Origin: Dimorphilus gyrociliatus
Taxonomy: Eukaryota > Animalia > Annelida
Direction of reading: 5' to 3'
Assembly: GCA_904063045.1 (NCBI GenBank)
Contig: CAJFCJ010000115.1
Coordinates: forward strand, 1 to 35,861
Length of the DNA stretch: 35,861 nucleotides
Position numbers and translations under genes: made by a program. The notes beneath the pieces are model-generated. The model saw only the letters and a list, made by a program, of their open reading frames with translations. It made no database searches and was not told where the DNA came from. Positions 1-10,460 of this stretch are shown in pieces; positions within the stretch are counted from its first letter, which is position 1, and each line of letters opens with the position of its first letter.

Positions 1-2
1 AG

Positions 3-3000
3 CTGGTTGGCAATGCTAAAGATATTTACAACTGTGATAAGAACGGAGAAGAAAACTTGAAAAAGTTTGAGAATAGTAAAGTTGGAAAAGAACTACTTGA
101 AATGGTGAGTTTTAAAGATTTATCTCATTTGTTCCAATTGGCTAGAAATAATCAAGTAGTTAATGATTTTAAAAGTCCAAGTGAATTCATAAGGTTTATA
201 ATTGAAAAAAATCCAGATTTTTCAGAGAAACAATTTTTTATTGTATTGATTGAAGAATGTTTGAAAAGAGAAAAAAATTTGGATGCAGCTTTGCCATGTT
301 ATTGTCAAATTATAAAGGAAAAACAAGAATGCAATTTGAAATGTTTAGAAGCTGTTTTAGATTGTTTTAAAAACAAATCCATAAGTGTCAATTTATTACT
401 GTCATTCTTTGAATCAATTTATTATACTAGTAAATTTGAATCTCTTCCAAAAGTTTTTATGCCATTTGTCCTGAGTCATTTTGATAACAGACATCACATC
501 ATTCGATGGTATTCATTCCGTATCCTTCAAAGTGTTGGTATGGAGACAGAATATGGCCAGATTTTGAAAGAAAGGAGTGAAATGGTGATTAAAAATCTCA
601 AAATCAATCACCAAAAATCAGAAAATAGTTTGAAATTAGTGGCATGTATCCATTCACTTAATTATACAGATGATACAGTATTCTCCATGGAAGAGAAAGT
701 GTGGGAACGAGAGCTTCTCTTATCAGATATTTGTAAGAGTTTTAACTTTTCAATCACAGATCAAAATCCATTTTATCAAGACTGGTTGACCATTGAAAAA
801 AAGTTTAATTATGAGAAATCATGCACCATTCTGTCATTAGTTCACAAATGCAACTTTCCTACATTTTTGCAATTGGCAGAACTAACTGAAATGATTCAAG
901 AGTTTGAATTTCAAGAATTGGAGCATCTGTTGATTATTCATTCACCAAATCCATACAATACTATTAAACATAAATGGGCAATGTTACAGTTTGGAGAAGA
1001 TTCTATAAATAGAAAGATAACTGATAGATATTACTATGAATTGATTGGAAATGTATGCCAGAATTTTGATATTCAATTCATTAGAAAGTTGTTTAAAAGT
1101 CTGAAGAGTATTAATGATTTATCTTCATTTAAAGACATGTTAGATTTTTGTTTAAAAGAGAAAATTCATTTGAATAATGTGTTTGTTGACGAAAGTCTTG
1201 AGGTGAATGAACTTAGAAATTGCATTGAAGTTGCACACCTATTCAAATGCACAGAGAAAGAAGAAAACCAAAAATATCTTTCAGTATATTCACAACTGAA
1301 AAGCAATAATTGTAGTTTTGCAGATGTGGAATTACTTGTTAAATCATTTCAACAAAAGTCTGACAACTGTTTATTGGATTTTTTAAATACCATTTTCACA
1401 TATGGCATTTCATCATCAAAATTTGAAGAGATAAAGTCTGAGATATTGTTTCGCTGGAACTCATTTAATGAAATTTTGTACAATCTACATGAATTTTTTG
1501 TTAAGAATAATTTTGAGACAAAACCTATAAGGAAGAATTTAGAAGGTCTGCGAAATGAGCTGAAAGATTCTAACAAGCTGGATAGAGATTGGCAAAAATT
1601 TTTTGAATCTGATTCATTGAATGTAGATGAGTTGATTACTGAAGATCATGGTGACAAATCTCAATGGACTGAGGATGATATTAAAAACTGGGTAAAGTAT
1701 ATTAAAAAAGAAAAAGAATCATTTAGTGATTATGAGGCCATTGCAATCATTTCCCAAGGCAATTATCTTATATCTGGCCATGTTCTCACAGAAACTCAGA
1801 TTTTGTGCTGCCTTGTTGCACTTAAGGAAGTTAACCGTAGGGGAAAATTGCTTCAAGTTGCCACAGGTGAGGGAAAGTCGACTATCATTTGTGTTCTGGC
1901 AATTATCAGTGCTCTACGAGGTGAAAAAGTTGATGTCATCACCAGTTCACCAATTTTGGCTGAGAGAGACGCAAAACAAAAGGCAAAACTTTACAAATTA
2001 TTTAACCTAACTTGCTCTGATAATGGAGACAAAAAACCCTATTTAAAAGATAAAAAAGAGTGCTACTCAGATGATATTGTCTATGGAGAGATATCACAAT
2101 TTCAGTTTGACATTCTGAGGGATAATTACTACAAATTAAACACATTGGGAGGACGCAACTGCACAACAGCCTTCATTGATGAAGTAGACAGTATGATGAT
2201 AGATGATCATTTAAAGATAGCTCGTTTATCTTCAACAATGCCAGGAATGGATCAATTCCAACCTATTTACATATTAATTTGGCAACATTTAATTTCATTG
2301 GAAAATTATATTACAGAAAATCAATTTGAATTTGAGAATGATGATGAAAAGTTTAAATTTTTAAAAAAGAACCTGCAAGAGTTTCTTGATGAGAAATTGA
2401 AGAAATTTGATATTTATATTTCAAGTAATTTTACTGATTATTTTGAAAAACAAAAGGTAAAATGGACTTCTAGTGCATTAACAGCCAAATATGAGTTTCA
2501 GCAGGATATTGACTATATTATTCAAAATGGCGAAATTATGCCTGTTGACTATTACAGCACTGGTATTGTACAAAAGTTCACTAGATGGCGTAATGGATTA
2601 CATCAATTTCTCCAGTTAAAGCATAATTTAAAGTTGACCTGTGAAACTAGAACCACAAACTTTTTGTCGAATCTTGCCCTGATCTGCAAATATAAAAAAA
2701 TATATGGTCTATCTGGGACACTTGGATCAGAAATAGCCAGAAATGTTTTGAAAGATGTCTACACTGTTGATGTGATCAACATTCCCCAGATATGGCAAAA
2801 ACAATTCCTAGAATTGCAACCAATCTTTGCAAAGGATGTTTCGTGCTGGTTGGATGAAATTGAGAAAAATGTCAAATTAGAGATTATAAAAGGAAGAGGA
2901 GTTCTAATCATTTGCGAAACAATCAACTGTGCCAATTATATTAGTAACATGCTAAAACAGATTTTGCGCCCTGGCTCTGTCAAGGTTTATACAATGAATG

Positions 3001-5615
3001 ATATGAATCAAGAGGAATGTGTAGAGAAAATTTTACCTGGTGAAGTGATTGTTGCTACAAATCTAGCTGGTAGAGGTACTGATATAAAGGCAGATGAAAT
3101 TGAAGAAACAGGTGGACTCCATGTCATCCTTACTTTCTTACCAAAAAATCAACGTGTTGAAAATCAAGCATTTGGTAGAACTGCTAGACAAGGCAAACGT
3201 GGAACTGGACTGATGATTTTAAATTCACAAAATTTGAAAAATATAGGAAATGATAGTGAAGATATAAAACCTGGGCGTGACAGAATAGAGTCTAAAAAAC
3301 TCAAACAATTCAGAACAAAGGAATTAAAATTTATACAAACTAAAGATGAACTATTTATGGAATTTTGCAATATTCGGAATGAAATAGAAGAAATGGGAAA
3401 CAAAGATAAGTTATCCAACTATGTAAAAGAGTACATTTTTGCATCTGTAGAAGAACAGTGGGCAAGTTTCTTGGAAAAGCTTAATGATGAAAATGAAATA
3501 ACTGTTGAAAATGCCAAAAGTCATTTTAAAAAATGGATTGCCAAGATAAGAGAAGATAAAGAAAATCTAATCAAGAATCCATATTATTACATCAAAATTG
3601 GAAACAGGATACTTGAAAACAAACAATTATTTTTTGGTGAGAAAAAAAGTAAAGCACTGGAATACTACAATAAAGCAATTGCAATAGAAGAGAAATACCA
3701 GAATGATAAGCATAGAGATAATCTTAATCTGTTTTGTCCTGGTGCTGCACACTTTGGTGTTGCCTGGTGTTTGATTTTAACAAAACCTGAACATTACAAG
3801 GACAATGCTCTCAGTTCATTGAATAAGGCTCTTAATTGTACGTTAAATGAATTGAGTATATTAGTAGCCTCAGGACAACTGTTGAACAAAATTGATCCTA
3901 AGTATTCTTCAAGTGATTTGGAGAAACAATTAAACTTAAAGGAAACCATTTTCTTGCAGTATATAGAGAATATTAACAGTGCCATAGATTGTATCAAGAG
4001 ATCAAAACGACTTGTCAATTTGACTTCTATTGAAAAACACCCAGAAATTGACCCTGCTTCAGAAACACACACCTATTTCAAGGAAAAAGAAAAAGAAGAA
4101 TTAAAAGCTATTGTCAAGAAAAATTTGTCCTATTCACTAGAATTTAATCATCTTACTTGTTCAAAAGACCTTGGTAAAAACAAGGATCAAGCATTAAACA
4201 CTCTGGAAAATGCTTATAACAAAGGCCATCATTCACTAGATGCTAGCTCAAATAATGTTAGAATAAATATGAATCAAGTTGATCTTAACAATATTCAAAG
4301 TGTATTTTTTAAAAAGGAAAAAGTATTTAAAGGTCTGACAAGAGAAGCAGCAATAGAAACTCTCAAAAAACAACAGACGTACTCGCATAAATTTAGAATA
4401 ACTGGACCTCTTGTTGTAAATCTAATAGAATATTTAGGTGGAAAAAAACCAAGTGAACCAGTAGAAGGAAAAATAAATGAAATTATTAAACATGTTAAAA
4501 AGACAAATATTAATGTCACTGATTCAGTTTTTGATATTACCATTAAAGAGGCTAATCTGAACAAATTCACTAATTTCAAATCAAATTCTAAGAAATCTCA
4601 AGCACCATTTACACTAAATATAACTTTTAATGATATCAATAAAGAAGCTTCAATGGCAAAATTGACAGAACTTAAAGTTGAATCATATGATATAGAACTT
4701 ATCATACTAAAATCAAATCTTTTGAAATTGATAAAAGCAAACCTTGACCTAAAACATGGTGTTTTATGGGAAAGCAATTCTCAAACATTTAAACAATTCA
4801 AAAGGGATCATCTATTGATTGAAATTAAAAAGTTAAATTTAGATAATACGCCATGCTGTATCAAGTTTAACAATCTGATTACTACTCAAGTAAAACACAT
4901 CATCAACAGCTGTGACAAAAATACAAAATTTAATATTTCCTTTAATAACATTAATGACTATTTTGAAATTGATCTTGGAGAAGGTCAAGTTGACCTTAGT
5001 TTTGATGGATTGAACAAAACAATAGCAAAAGATGTTATCAATTTGCTTAGAGAACATGATTTAAATTTCTCTCTGGAATTTTACAATTTAAATTGTGACA
5101 ATGTCACATCAATTATGGAACATGCTGATGTGAACCAAGAAGAAATAAATGAATTTAGAGTGAAAAATATTAGGGATATTTGGAGAAAATCTCCCTCTAA
5201 ATATGTATTGAATGAATTTATCTCAAAAGGAATGGACAATATTGTTGAATTCAGAGAAAAGGGTTTTGTTCCCTGGAGGAGTGTAATAGTTGTGGCTTGT
5301 CTTAGTGGGGTTCAGGCAATTGCTGGTACTATTTTGATAAGTACTGGCCTTTTAGTACCATTTGGAATTGGGTTATTAATAGAAGCAGGTGCAGACATTA
5401 TTACAGCAGTTGGAATTTACAGAAATCGACAATTTCATTGGCGCTCTTATTGTGCTCAAAAAGCAATTAGTATAGCAATTTCATGTGCTACTATGGCACT
5501 CTCAAAGGTTAAAGATGTTGTCAAAGGTGGAAAAGTTCTTGTAACAAATGTTGGGGGAGAATTCTTGGAGGAAAGTTTTACTAAAGCTATAACAAAGGCT
5601 ACTTTAAGTCTTTAA
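3..5615 (+). CDS. secA: Large SecA-like DEAD/ATPase protein with TPR-like and hydrophobic C-terminal region (5'-partial; frame open from window edge)
   Basis: Ordered SecA motifs: QVATGEGKS (Walker A), DVITSSPILAERDA, DIVYGEISQFQFDILRDN, AFIDEVDSMMID, DYIIQNGEIMPVD...RWRNGLHQ (cross-linking domain), GLSGTL, VIVATNLAGRGTDI, GGLHVI...NQAFGRTARQG. No stop from position 3, so the real start is upstream of the window. TPR-like ALEYYNKAIAIE; hydrophobic helices near aa 1745-1815. Eukaryotic SecA-like family, not necessarily a translocase orthologue. Confidence 0.88.
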   Translation: MVGNAKDIYNCDKNGEENLKKFENSKVGKELLEMVSFKDLSHLFQLARNNQVVNDFKSPSEFIRFIIEKNPDFSEKQFFIVLIEECLKREKNLDAALPCYCQIIKEKQECNLKCLEAVLDCFKNKSISVNLLLSFFESIYYTSKFESLPKVFMPFVLSHFDNRHHIIRWYSFRILQSVGMETEYGQILKERSEMVIKNLKINHQKSENSLKLVACIHSLNYTDDTVFSMEEKVWERELLLSDICKSFNFSITDQNPFYQDWLTIEKKFNYEKSCTILSLVHKCNFPTFLQLAELTEMIQEFEFQELEHLLIIHSPNPYNTIKHKWAMLQFGEDSINRKITDRYYYELIGNVCQNFDIQFIRKLFKSLKSINDLSSFKDMLDFCLKEKIHLNNVFVDESLEVNELRNCIEVAHLFKCTEKEENQKYLSVYSQLKSNNCSFADVELLVKSFQQKSDNCLLDFLNTIFTYGISSSKFEEIKSEILFRWNSFNEILYNLHEFFVKNNFETKPIRKNLEGLRNELKDSNKLDRDWQKFFESDSLNVDELITEDHGDKSQWTEDDIKNWVKYIKKEKESFSDYEAIAIISQGNYLISGHVLTETQILCCLVALKEVNRRGKLLQVATGEGKSTIICVLAIISALRGEKVDVITSSPILAERDAKQKAKLYKLFNLTCSDNGDKKPYLKDKKECYSDDIVYGEISQFQFDILRDNYYKLNTLGGRNCTTAFIDEVDSMMIDDHLKIARLSSTMPGMDQFQPIYILIWQHLISLENYITENQFEFENDDEKFKFLKKNLQEFLDEKLKKFDIYISSNFTDYFEKQKVKWTSSALTAKYEFQQDIDYIIQNGEIMPVDYYSTGIVQKFTRWRNGLHQFLQLKHNLKLTCETRTTNFLSNLALICKYKKIYGLSGTLGSEIARNVLKDVYTVDVINIPQIWQKQFLELQPIFAKDVSCWLDEIEKNVKLEIIKGRGVLIICETINCANYISNMLKQILRPGSVKVYTMNDMNQEECVEKILPGEVIVATNLAGRGTDIKADEIEETGGLHVILTFLPKNQRVENQAFGRTARQGKRGTGLMILNSQNLKNIGNDSEDIKPGRDRIESKKLKQFRTKELKFIQTKDELFMEFCNIRNEIEEMGNKDKLSNYVKEYIFASVEEQWASFLEKLNDENEITVENAKSHFKKWIAKIREDKENLIKNPYYYIKIGNRILENKQLFFGEKKSKALEYYNKAIAIEEKYQNDKHRDNLNLFCPGAAHFGVAWCLILTKPEHYKDNALSSLNKALNCTLNELSILVASGQLLNKIDPKYSSSDLEKQLNLKETIFLQYIENINSAIDCIKRSKRLVNLTSIEKHPEIDPASETHTYFKEKEKEELKAIVKKNLSYSLEFNHLTCSKDLGKNKDQALNTLENAYNKGHHSLDASSNNVRINMNQVDLNNIQSVFFKKEKVFKGLTREAAIETLKKQQTYSHKFRITGPLVVNLIEYLGGKKPSEPVEGKINEIIKHVKKTNINVTDSVFDITIKEANLNKFTNFKSNSKKSQAPFTLNITFNDINKEASMAKLTELKVESYDIELIILKSNLLKLIKANLDLKHGVLWESNSQTFKQFKRDHLLIEIKKLNLDNTPCCIKFNNLITTQVKHIINSCDKNTKFNISFNNINDYFEIDLGEGQVDLSFDGLNKTIAKDVINLLREHDLNFSLEFYNLNCDNVTSIMEHADVNQEEINEFRVKNIRDIWRKSPSKYVLNEFISKGMDNIVEFREKGFVPWRSVIVVACLSGVQAIAGTILISTGLLVPFGIGLLIEAGADIITAVGIYRNRQFHWRSYCAQKAISIAISCATMALSKVKDVVKGGKVLVTNVGGEFLEESFTKAITKATLSL

Positions 5616-5927
5616 ATTTGCATTAGATTAAGATGAAAATATTAATAAAGTAGAGATTTTCAATACATCATTAATTTTTCTAATAAGCTTGTTGCTGAGT
5701 GTGGCCAGTACAGGGAGCGATTTTCACAGGGTTTGCATTCTTCAGTGATGATTGAATGTTAGATGCAAACCTCAAGAAATCTAAGAAGATTGTCTGGAAA
5801 CAAATTCAGAATGGTGAAATAACTGGTACACACATACATTCTTGTTTCTAAATCTGCACCCAATCTTAACCTGTAGTTTGTTGTTTTGTAATTGTAGGAA
5901 AATAATTTTTCTCTCTTTTCAAGCCAA

Positions 5928-6115
5928 GGGATCAACAGAAAACGGTCCCAAGAAGGATATTTGAAGGCAGCATTTTGAGTTAAGAAATGGTTAGGAGGAA
6001 AAAAGCATTTATTGATTTGTAGTTAGGGGGTCCCATCTAAGGGTTAGGGATACAATAGGGATGGTTTAGGGTTGGGGTAAAACCATGATTTTGGGGCTGT
6101 TTTCTGTCGCATCCC
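5928..6115. mobile_element. MITE family A, copy 1 (MULE-type ends, TTAGGG-like internal motifs)
   Basis: TIRs GGGATCAACAGAAAA / TTTTCTGTCGCATCCC; flanks AAGCCAA / AAGCCTA (degenerate TSD); reverse complement aligns to 12550-12756 and 17910-18106. Confidence 0.75.
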
Positions 6116-7053
6116 AAGCCTATATATCAATATATTGGAAAGTATAACAACATTAACATCAAAAATAGCTTAAATTCATTTTTTGTAGGCTATCAGTCAA
6201 CACTACTATACTCATATAAAACAGTCTTTCATATTTTTGTTACATGAGAATTATGAGACTGTCAGATTTCAATCCTTTGACCACTTGAACCCAAGCTTTG
6301 GAAAATGTATAAAAGGAAATGCATTTCCCCAGCTTGTCAGTTCAGTTCTTTAACCGTTAACTGGTTGTTTAAACTTACTTGTTTAGAACTAGAAACTCAT
6401 TTACTCAATACATATTCTTTAAATGAAATACTGGCATTTTGTTGATTAATTTCTACTGAAATTACATTTCTTAAGACTACTTGTGGACAAATTTGAAAAT
6501 TTCTATTTGTTTGAGTACTTTGGTAGGTTGATAAATGATTGGAAAGGACAAATACTGTTCTGAAGAAGCAGAAATTCCCTCAATTACAATACAACAAAGT
6601 ACACCAATAATCACAAGAATATGGTAGAAATATTAATATATGTACAAATTATCAATAATCTATTCCTATTGAAATTGCCATTTGTTCAAAAACACGGTAT
6701 CAGTCCAAAAAGCTTAACCTTTAGTTTACAAGATTGTTATAAAGTGGTTATGCTTAAAAAGGGTTAAAAGAGAAAATTTTCAAAATTTTATGTTTGTTTT
6801 GGTTATGTACATTGTTAAAGTGGAAACCATGACGAACTTTTTTGGTGACACTGAATTCCAATGTGGAATTTGTGGGGAATTTTATAAAGAGAAAAGTTCA
6901 GATATACTCTCTTGTAAACATAAAATGTGTTTTCAACTTTATTGAAAGAAGTGACAGGAAACACTTATAAATTAAGAGAATACTTTTAATAATGTGCAAC
7001 TTTGCTTTTATCAAGTGAGTTGTGTATTGAGTATTTGAAAACAACGGATAATG

Positions 7054-7129
7054 TTGAAAGGGTCCACAGTTGAAAAGGTCCGCAAGCTGATTGAAAGGGT
7101 CCGCAGACCATTTGAAGGGTCCGCGACTC
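7054..7129. repeat. Orphan TIR-like end with 4 subterminal TTGAARGGTCCGCA-like repeats
   Basis: Four spaced degenerate copies ending in ...GGGTCCGCGACTC; same architecture as other MULE-type ends in the window; no partner end seen. Confidence 0.55.
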
Positions 7130-7218
7130 AAATTAAATTTTTAATGCTAACCCTGTTCAAAGTATGTTTTCAAATGACATTGAATACATGTAAGATTAAC
7201 CTTTTACTTTTTCATCAG

Positions 7219-7330
7219 AATGTAAAAGAATTGATTGGTGATTATTCACCCAAAACCATAAGAATGGATTTTGAGAGGGCACTTTGGAAAGCAGTCTGAA
7301 AATTGTTTCCTGCAGCTGAATCAAAAGAAA
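7219..7330 (+). pseudogene. MULE (Mutator) transposase remnant
   Basis: Translates NVKELIGDYSPKTIRMDFERALWKAV*KLFPAAE, matching the MULE P-x4-DFE-x-AL-x2-A-x3-FP catalytic segment; in-frame TGA. A further weak match (WNVTIW / NNRLN) lies at ~7835-7930. Confidence 0.6.
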
Positions 7331-8269
7331 AATTCAAGTGATATTGAAAATTAATAATAAAATGTATAATGTTAATTTTTTTGTTTGTTTCAAATAGGTC
7401 AGAAAATTGCATAAGATGTAACAATTTTTGGTAAATGTTGGATTGGTACCAACACTCAAAAATAGACAGAGGTCATCATAATGCTGTTTTTAAATACCAC
7501 AAATTATTAATAATAATTGTTTGTCAAAAGTAAAATATTTGAGTATAAGGCATTGGCAGAGTAAGGTTAATTTCACTTGACCATCTACAATAGTATTGTG
7601 CTTACAATACTTGTTGAAGTGACAATGAACTACACACTTCAAATATATATGAAATAGTGTAAGATACAATTAATGATCATTAAATATGATGTGCAAATTA
7701 ATAAAAACTAGAATTTAAGTTTAGTTGTAAGTATATTCTACAACTACCTTTAAATAGTATAAAAATAGGGTGTGCTGTACACTAGGCAGGCAGAGTATTG
7801 TTAAATACTATTTTGATATTTCTTTTCCATAGGTGAATGGAATGTAACAATTTGGAGTTACTCTATAGATTGTGCATACTTGTAGGTAAGTATATGCGTA
7901 TGGTTTACAATAACCGCCTGAATGTGTACAAAATCATTAAAGGTTTCATTTCTTCAAATTTGTCTTCTTTCATCACTGAAATCAATACAATTTCTAACAT
8001 TTTTTCACAAATAATATGAAAAATTTTGGCCTATGTTTGAAAAAGAGTTCTTTCTAAAGTAATAAAAGCTAACTCTATAAAATAAAAGTCTTTCTAAAGT
8101 TGCACCATTCTAATTCCTATGAAATAGAAGTCTTTCTAATGTACCATTATATCTAAAGTCTAAATATTGATATACTGTATCATTATATCTAAGTGCACAA
8201 GTATATAGCAAAATAAGGGTAAGTTATATTCATATAAAACATATTGGACTTTGAATAACTTGAATTGTT

Positions 8270-8400
8270 GAAAAGGCTCTTGGCTATATGAAGAAATATA
8301 AAGAAAAAGGAGATGACTGGAAAGATTTCAGAAAATTATTGGCATTCCCTTTTTTTCAACCAACATTTGACTGCTTAAAGACAGAACTTCATATCTAGAG
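8270..8400 (+). pseudogene. Possible second MULE transposase remnant
   Basis: LGYMKKYKEKGDDWKDFRKLLAFPFF resembles the MULE LG..Y....R.LLALPF segment; short and frameshifted. Confidence 0.35.
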
Positions 8401-8537
8401 TATCTAACCAAAAATATAACATATATTTTACCAAACCATTTTAGGAAAATTCCATATATATACTAAAGAAAAAAAGGGTGTATTTTTTACTCTGGTATCA
8501 ACTTTAAATTTGAAAATATTAGTTGTGGTTGCTTAAT

Positions 8538-9384
8538 AACCAGTGTGTTTAATATAAGTATTAACCCTATAGCTATTATCAATCAGTAAAGAAACATCCT
8601 TTGAAAATTTTCACTATAAAAGTCTATTTTAAAAAATCTTAACTGAGTTATATGAAAAAATCATTTAAAAAACTATTTGAGTAGTTCGATTTTCTAAAAA
8701 TGTATCTCAGATAAACACAATTGGAAATATGTCAAAAAGGTTTTTTTGAAATTTATTGAAAAGAAATAGGTCAGGCATAACATAATCATAACATCAAATA
8801 TTTATTTTTGATTATCATGGATGATTATTCTCCTTTCCTTAGTCATGCAACATGTCAATGTTGAACTTGTCTAAACATAATCTCATCTTTGTTGGACAGT
8901 AGCTCAATGTCATCTTAGCCTTTACACAGTTATTGCAAGTTTCACGTAATTTCGTATCTGTATAACTTTCTCTCTAAATAGAGTAAAAACATCACTTATG
9001 TCAAAATATATATACAAGCTACATTTTCACAATTATATGCATCATTCAATACCTTTAAGATTTTGGTGAGTTCCTGCATTAAACTGCTACATCTATTCAA
9101 AGTCTCCAATGAACTATCATCAAATGAAAGTTAATCTCTTTCAACCAAATCATCAAGAAGTGAAGGCTTTGCCAATACATGGCAAGTTAAAAGAAGAGCA
9201 AAAACAACCACAAGTAATGTTTTCATATTTAAAGTTGAAAATACTTCCTATTTATATTGATTTTTTTTATATAACCCGGTTAAGATTTTTCATAAGAAAC
9301 TTTCATAGTGAAAATGTTCAAAGAATTTTTCTTTACTGATTGATTATAGGTATAGGGTTAATATTTACATTAAACAACCTGGTT
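8538..9384. mobile_element. Inverted-repeat pair (arms 8538-8663 and 9258-9384) enclosing a small gene; Pack-type element candidate
   Basis: ~125-bp arms align in reverse complement with about 18 mismatches (~85%) by hand; no clear TSD. Confidence 0.6.
8839..9226 (-). pseudogene. Two-exon small secreted Cys-rich protein gene with one apparent 1-nt frameshift
   Basis: ATG 9226: MKTLLVVVFALLLTCHVLA-KPSLLDDLVEKR (signal peptide + dibasic site); extra base near 9131; then LSFDDSSLETLNRCSSLMQELTKILK; 79-bp phase-0 intron 9052-8974 (AAG|GTATTG...TATTTAG); exon 2 RESYTDTKLRETCNNCVKAKMTLSYCPTKMRLCLDKFNIDMLHD* in frame to TAA 8841-8839. Not in the ORF track. Confidence 0.65.
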
Positions 9385-9589
9385 AGACCAGTTTAATATA
9401 GGGTTAACATTTATATTAAAAATATTAAATAATAACAGTGTTAAACAACTGGTTCAAATAGAGCCTCTACTTTCAAAGCATTTATTAAATGAAAAGAAAA
9501 CTGCTTATTCCAGTTTAATATAGTTGATCTTCTAAATTAATTTTTGTTTCTTCCCTCACCATTTCTTGATGATCAGTCAGGTAATTAAT

Positions 9590-10460
9590 ATTTTCTCAAA
9601 TTCCACATCCACAAGGGCCATTACCCACTTTACTAATCTCAAATTATGCTTGTTTTCAGCAAATGTTTGAACAAAGTTTTTGTAATAGGTATATCAGTAA
9701 GAGAGACTTCTTTATCTATGGTACTATGAAAAAAATGTATGCTTTTACCATATTCCTTCATCAAATTTTGTAGGAATATCGTAATCTTTGCAAAGTCTTT
9801 AATAAAACTTCTATGATATCAGCAAACAGCAACAAAATTGAGTAATGTGTTGTCAAATAGAGATTTATATGCTTCTTCTATCCTAACAATTGTTCCTATC
9901 CAAATTTCTATTAATAATCTCATTCCAGATTGTTCAAATGCAATTATTTTTTCACGCAAGGAACAAAAGTTAATTAGTTGAAGAGAGTTGGAGAGTTTCC
10001 TTTTGGTATGAGACATACCATCCAAGTACCACATATCTATTTATGCCATGGAAGTTCCATTCATCTTGACAAATCTGATGAAAAATCTTAATTGAATTTA
10101 AATATTCATTATTTTTAAATGCAATAATGGAATGAAATTTTTAAATTTTAAATTTTGTATTAGTTTGTAATCAATTTAGAGAATGGCTACAGAGTTTTTT
10201 GGCATGGTTCCAACTCGAGAACTTTTCCTGGCCAAGTATGAATCATAGGACATTGAATCAACTGGGATCAGGTTAAGTGTTCCCATAATTTCCCTAAATA
10301 TCTCGTTTTGTTGTGTTTGCCTTATCCCTAACCCAACAGTTAACAAAGTACATCCCATTTGTTTTTTACATCTCAACAAAAAAAATGAATACAACATAAG
10401 TTCTGTTTTTAAAAAGATATGTTGCTTGAATGAATTGACAGCTTGCTTGTCTATTCTGAG
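9590..10460 (-). pseudogene. pol: Degenerate Ty3/gypsy pol relic related to the element at 18.7-27 kb
   Basis: FDNTLLNFVAVC*YHRSFIKDFAKIT..LMK vs FANSLLSFVAFCGYYRKFIQDFARVA..LMK in the local pol; FVQTFAENKHNLRLVKWVMALVD vs LVQRFKQNKLNVSTAKWVMALMD; LELEP vs LEITLEP. Many stops, frameshifts and deletions. Confidence 0.7.

Noticed and set aside
1349-5057. Short ORFs overlapping or antisense to the SecA-like gene (1349, 1726, 3164, 3794, 4295, 4839)
   Set aside because: Shadow frames of a long AT-rich ORF with no recognisable motifs.
3-5615. Bacterial origin of the window because of SecA
   Set aside because: Protein is far larger than bacterial SecA with non-bacterial extensions, and is contiguous with Tc1, gypsy, MULE elements and a spliceosomal intron.
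6020-6080. Interstitial telomere
   Set aside because: Only scattered degenerate TTAGGG words inside a TIR-bounded MITE; no tandem array.
8860-8940. CNNC...CP....LC read as a piggyBac C-terminal Cys-rich domain
   Set aside because: Splices in frame to a signal-peptide exon and no piggyBac core or TTAA-bounded ends are nearby.
10176-10460. TIR domain after the ARM-like repeats
   Set aside because: No xxMISY-type motif; the sequence instead resembles decayed retrotransposon protease and linker.
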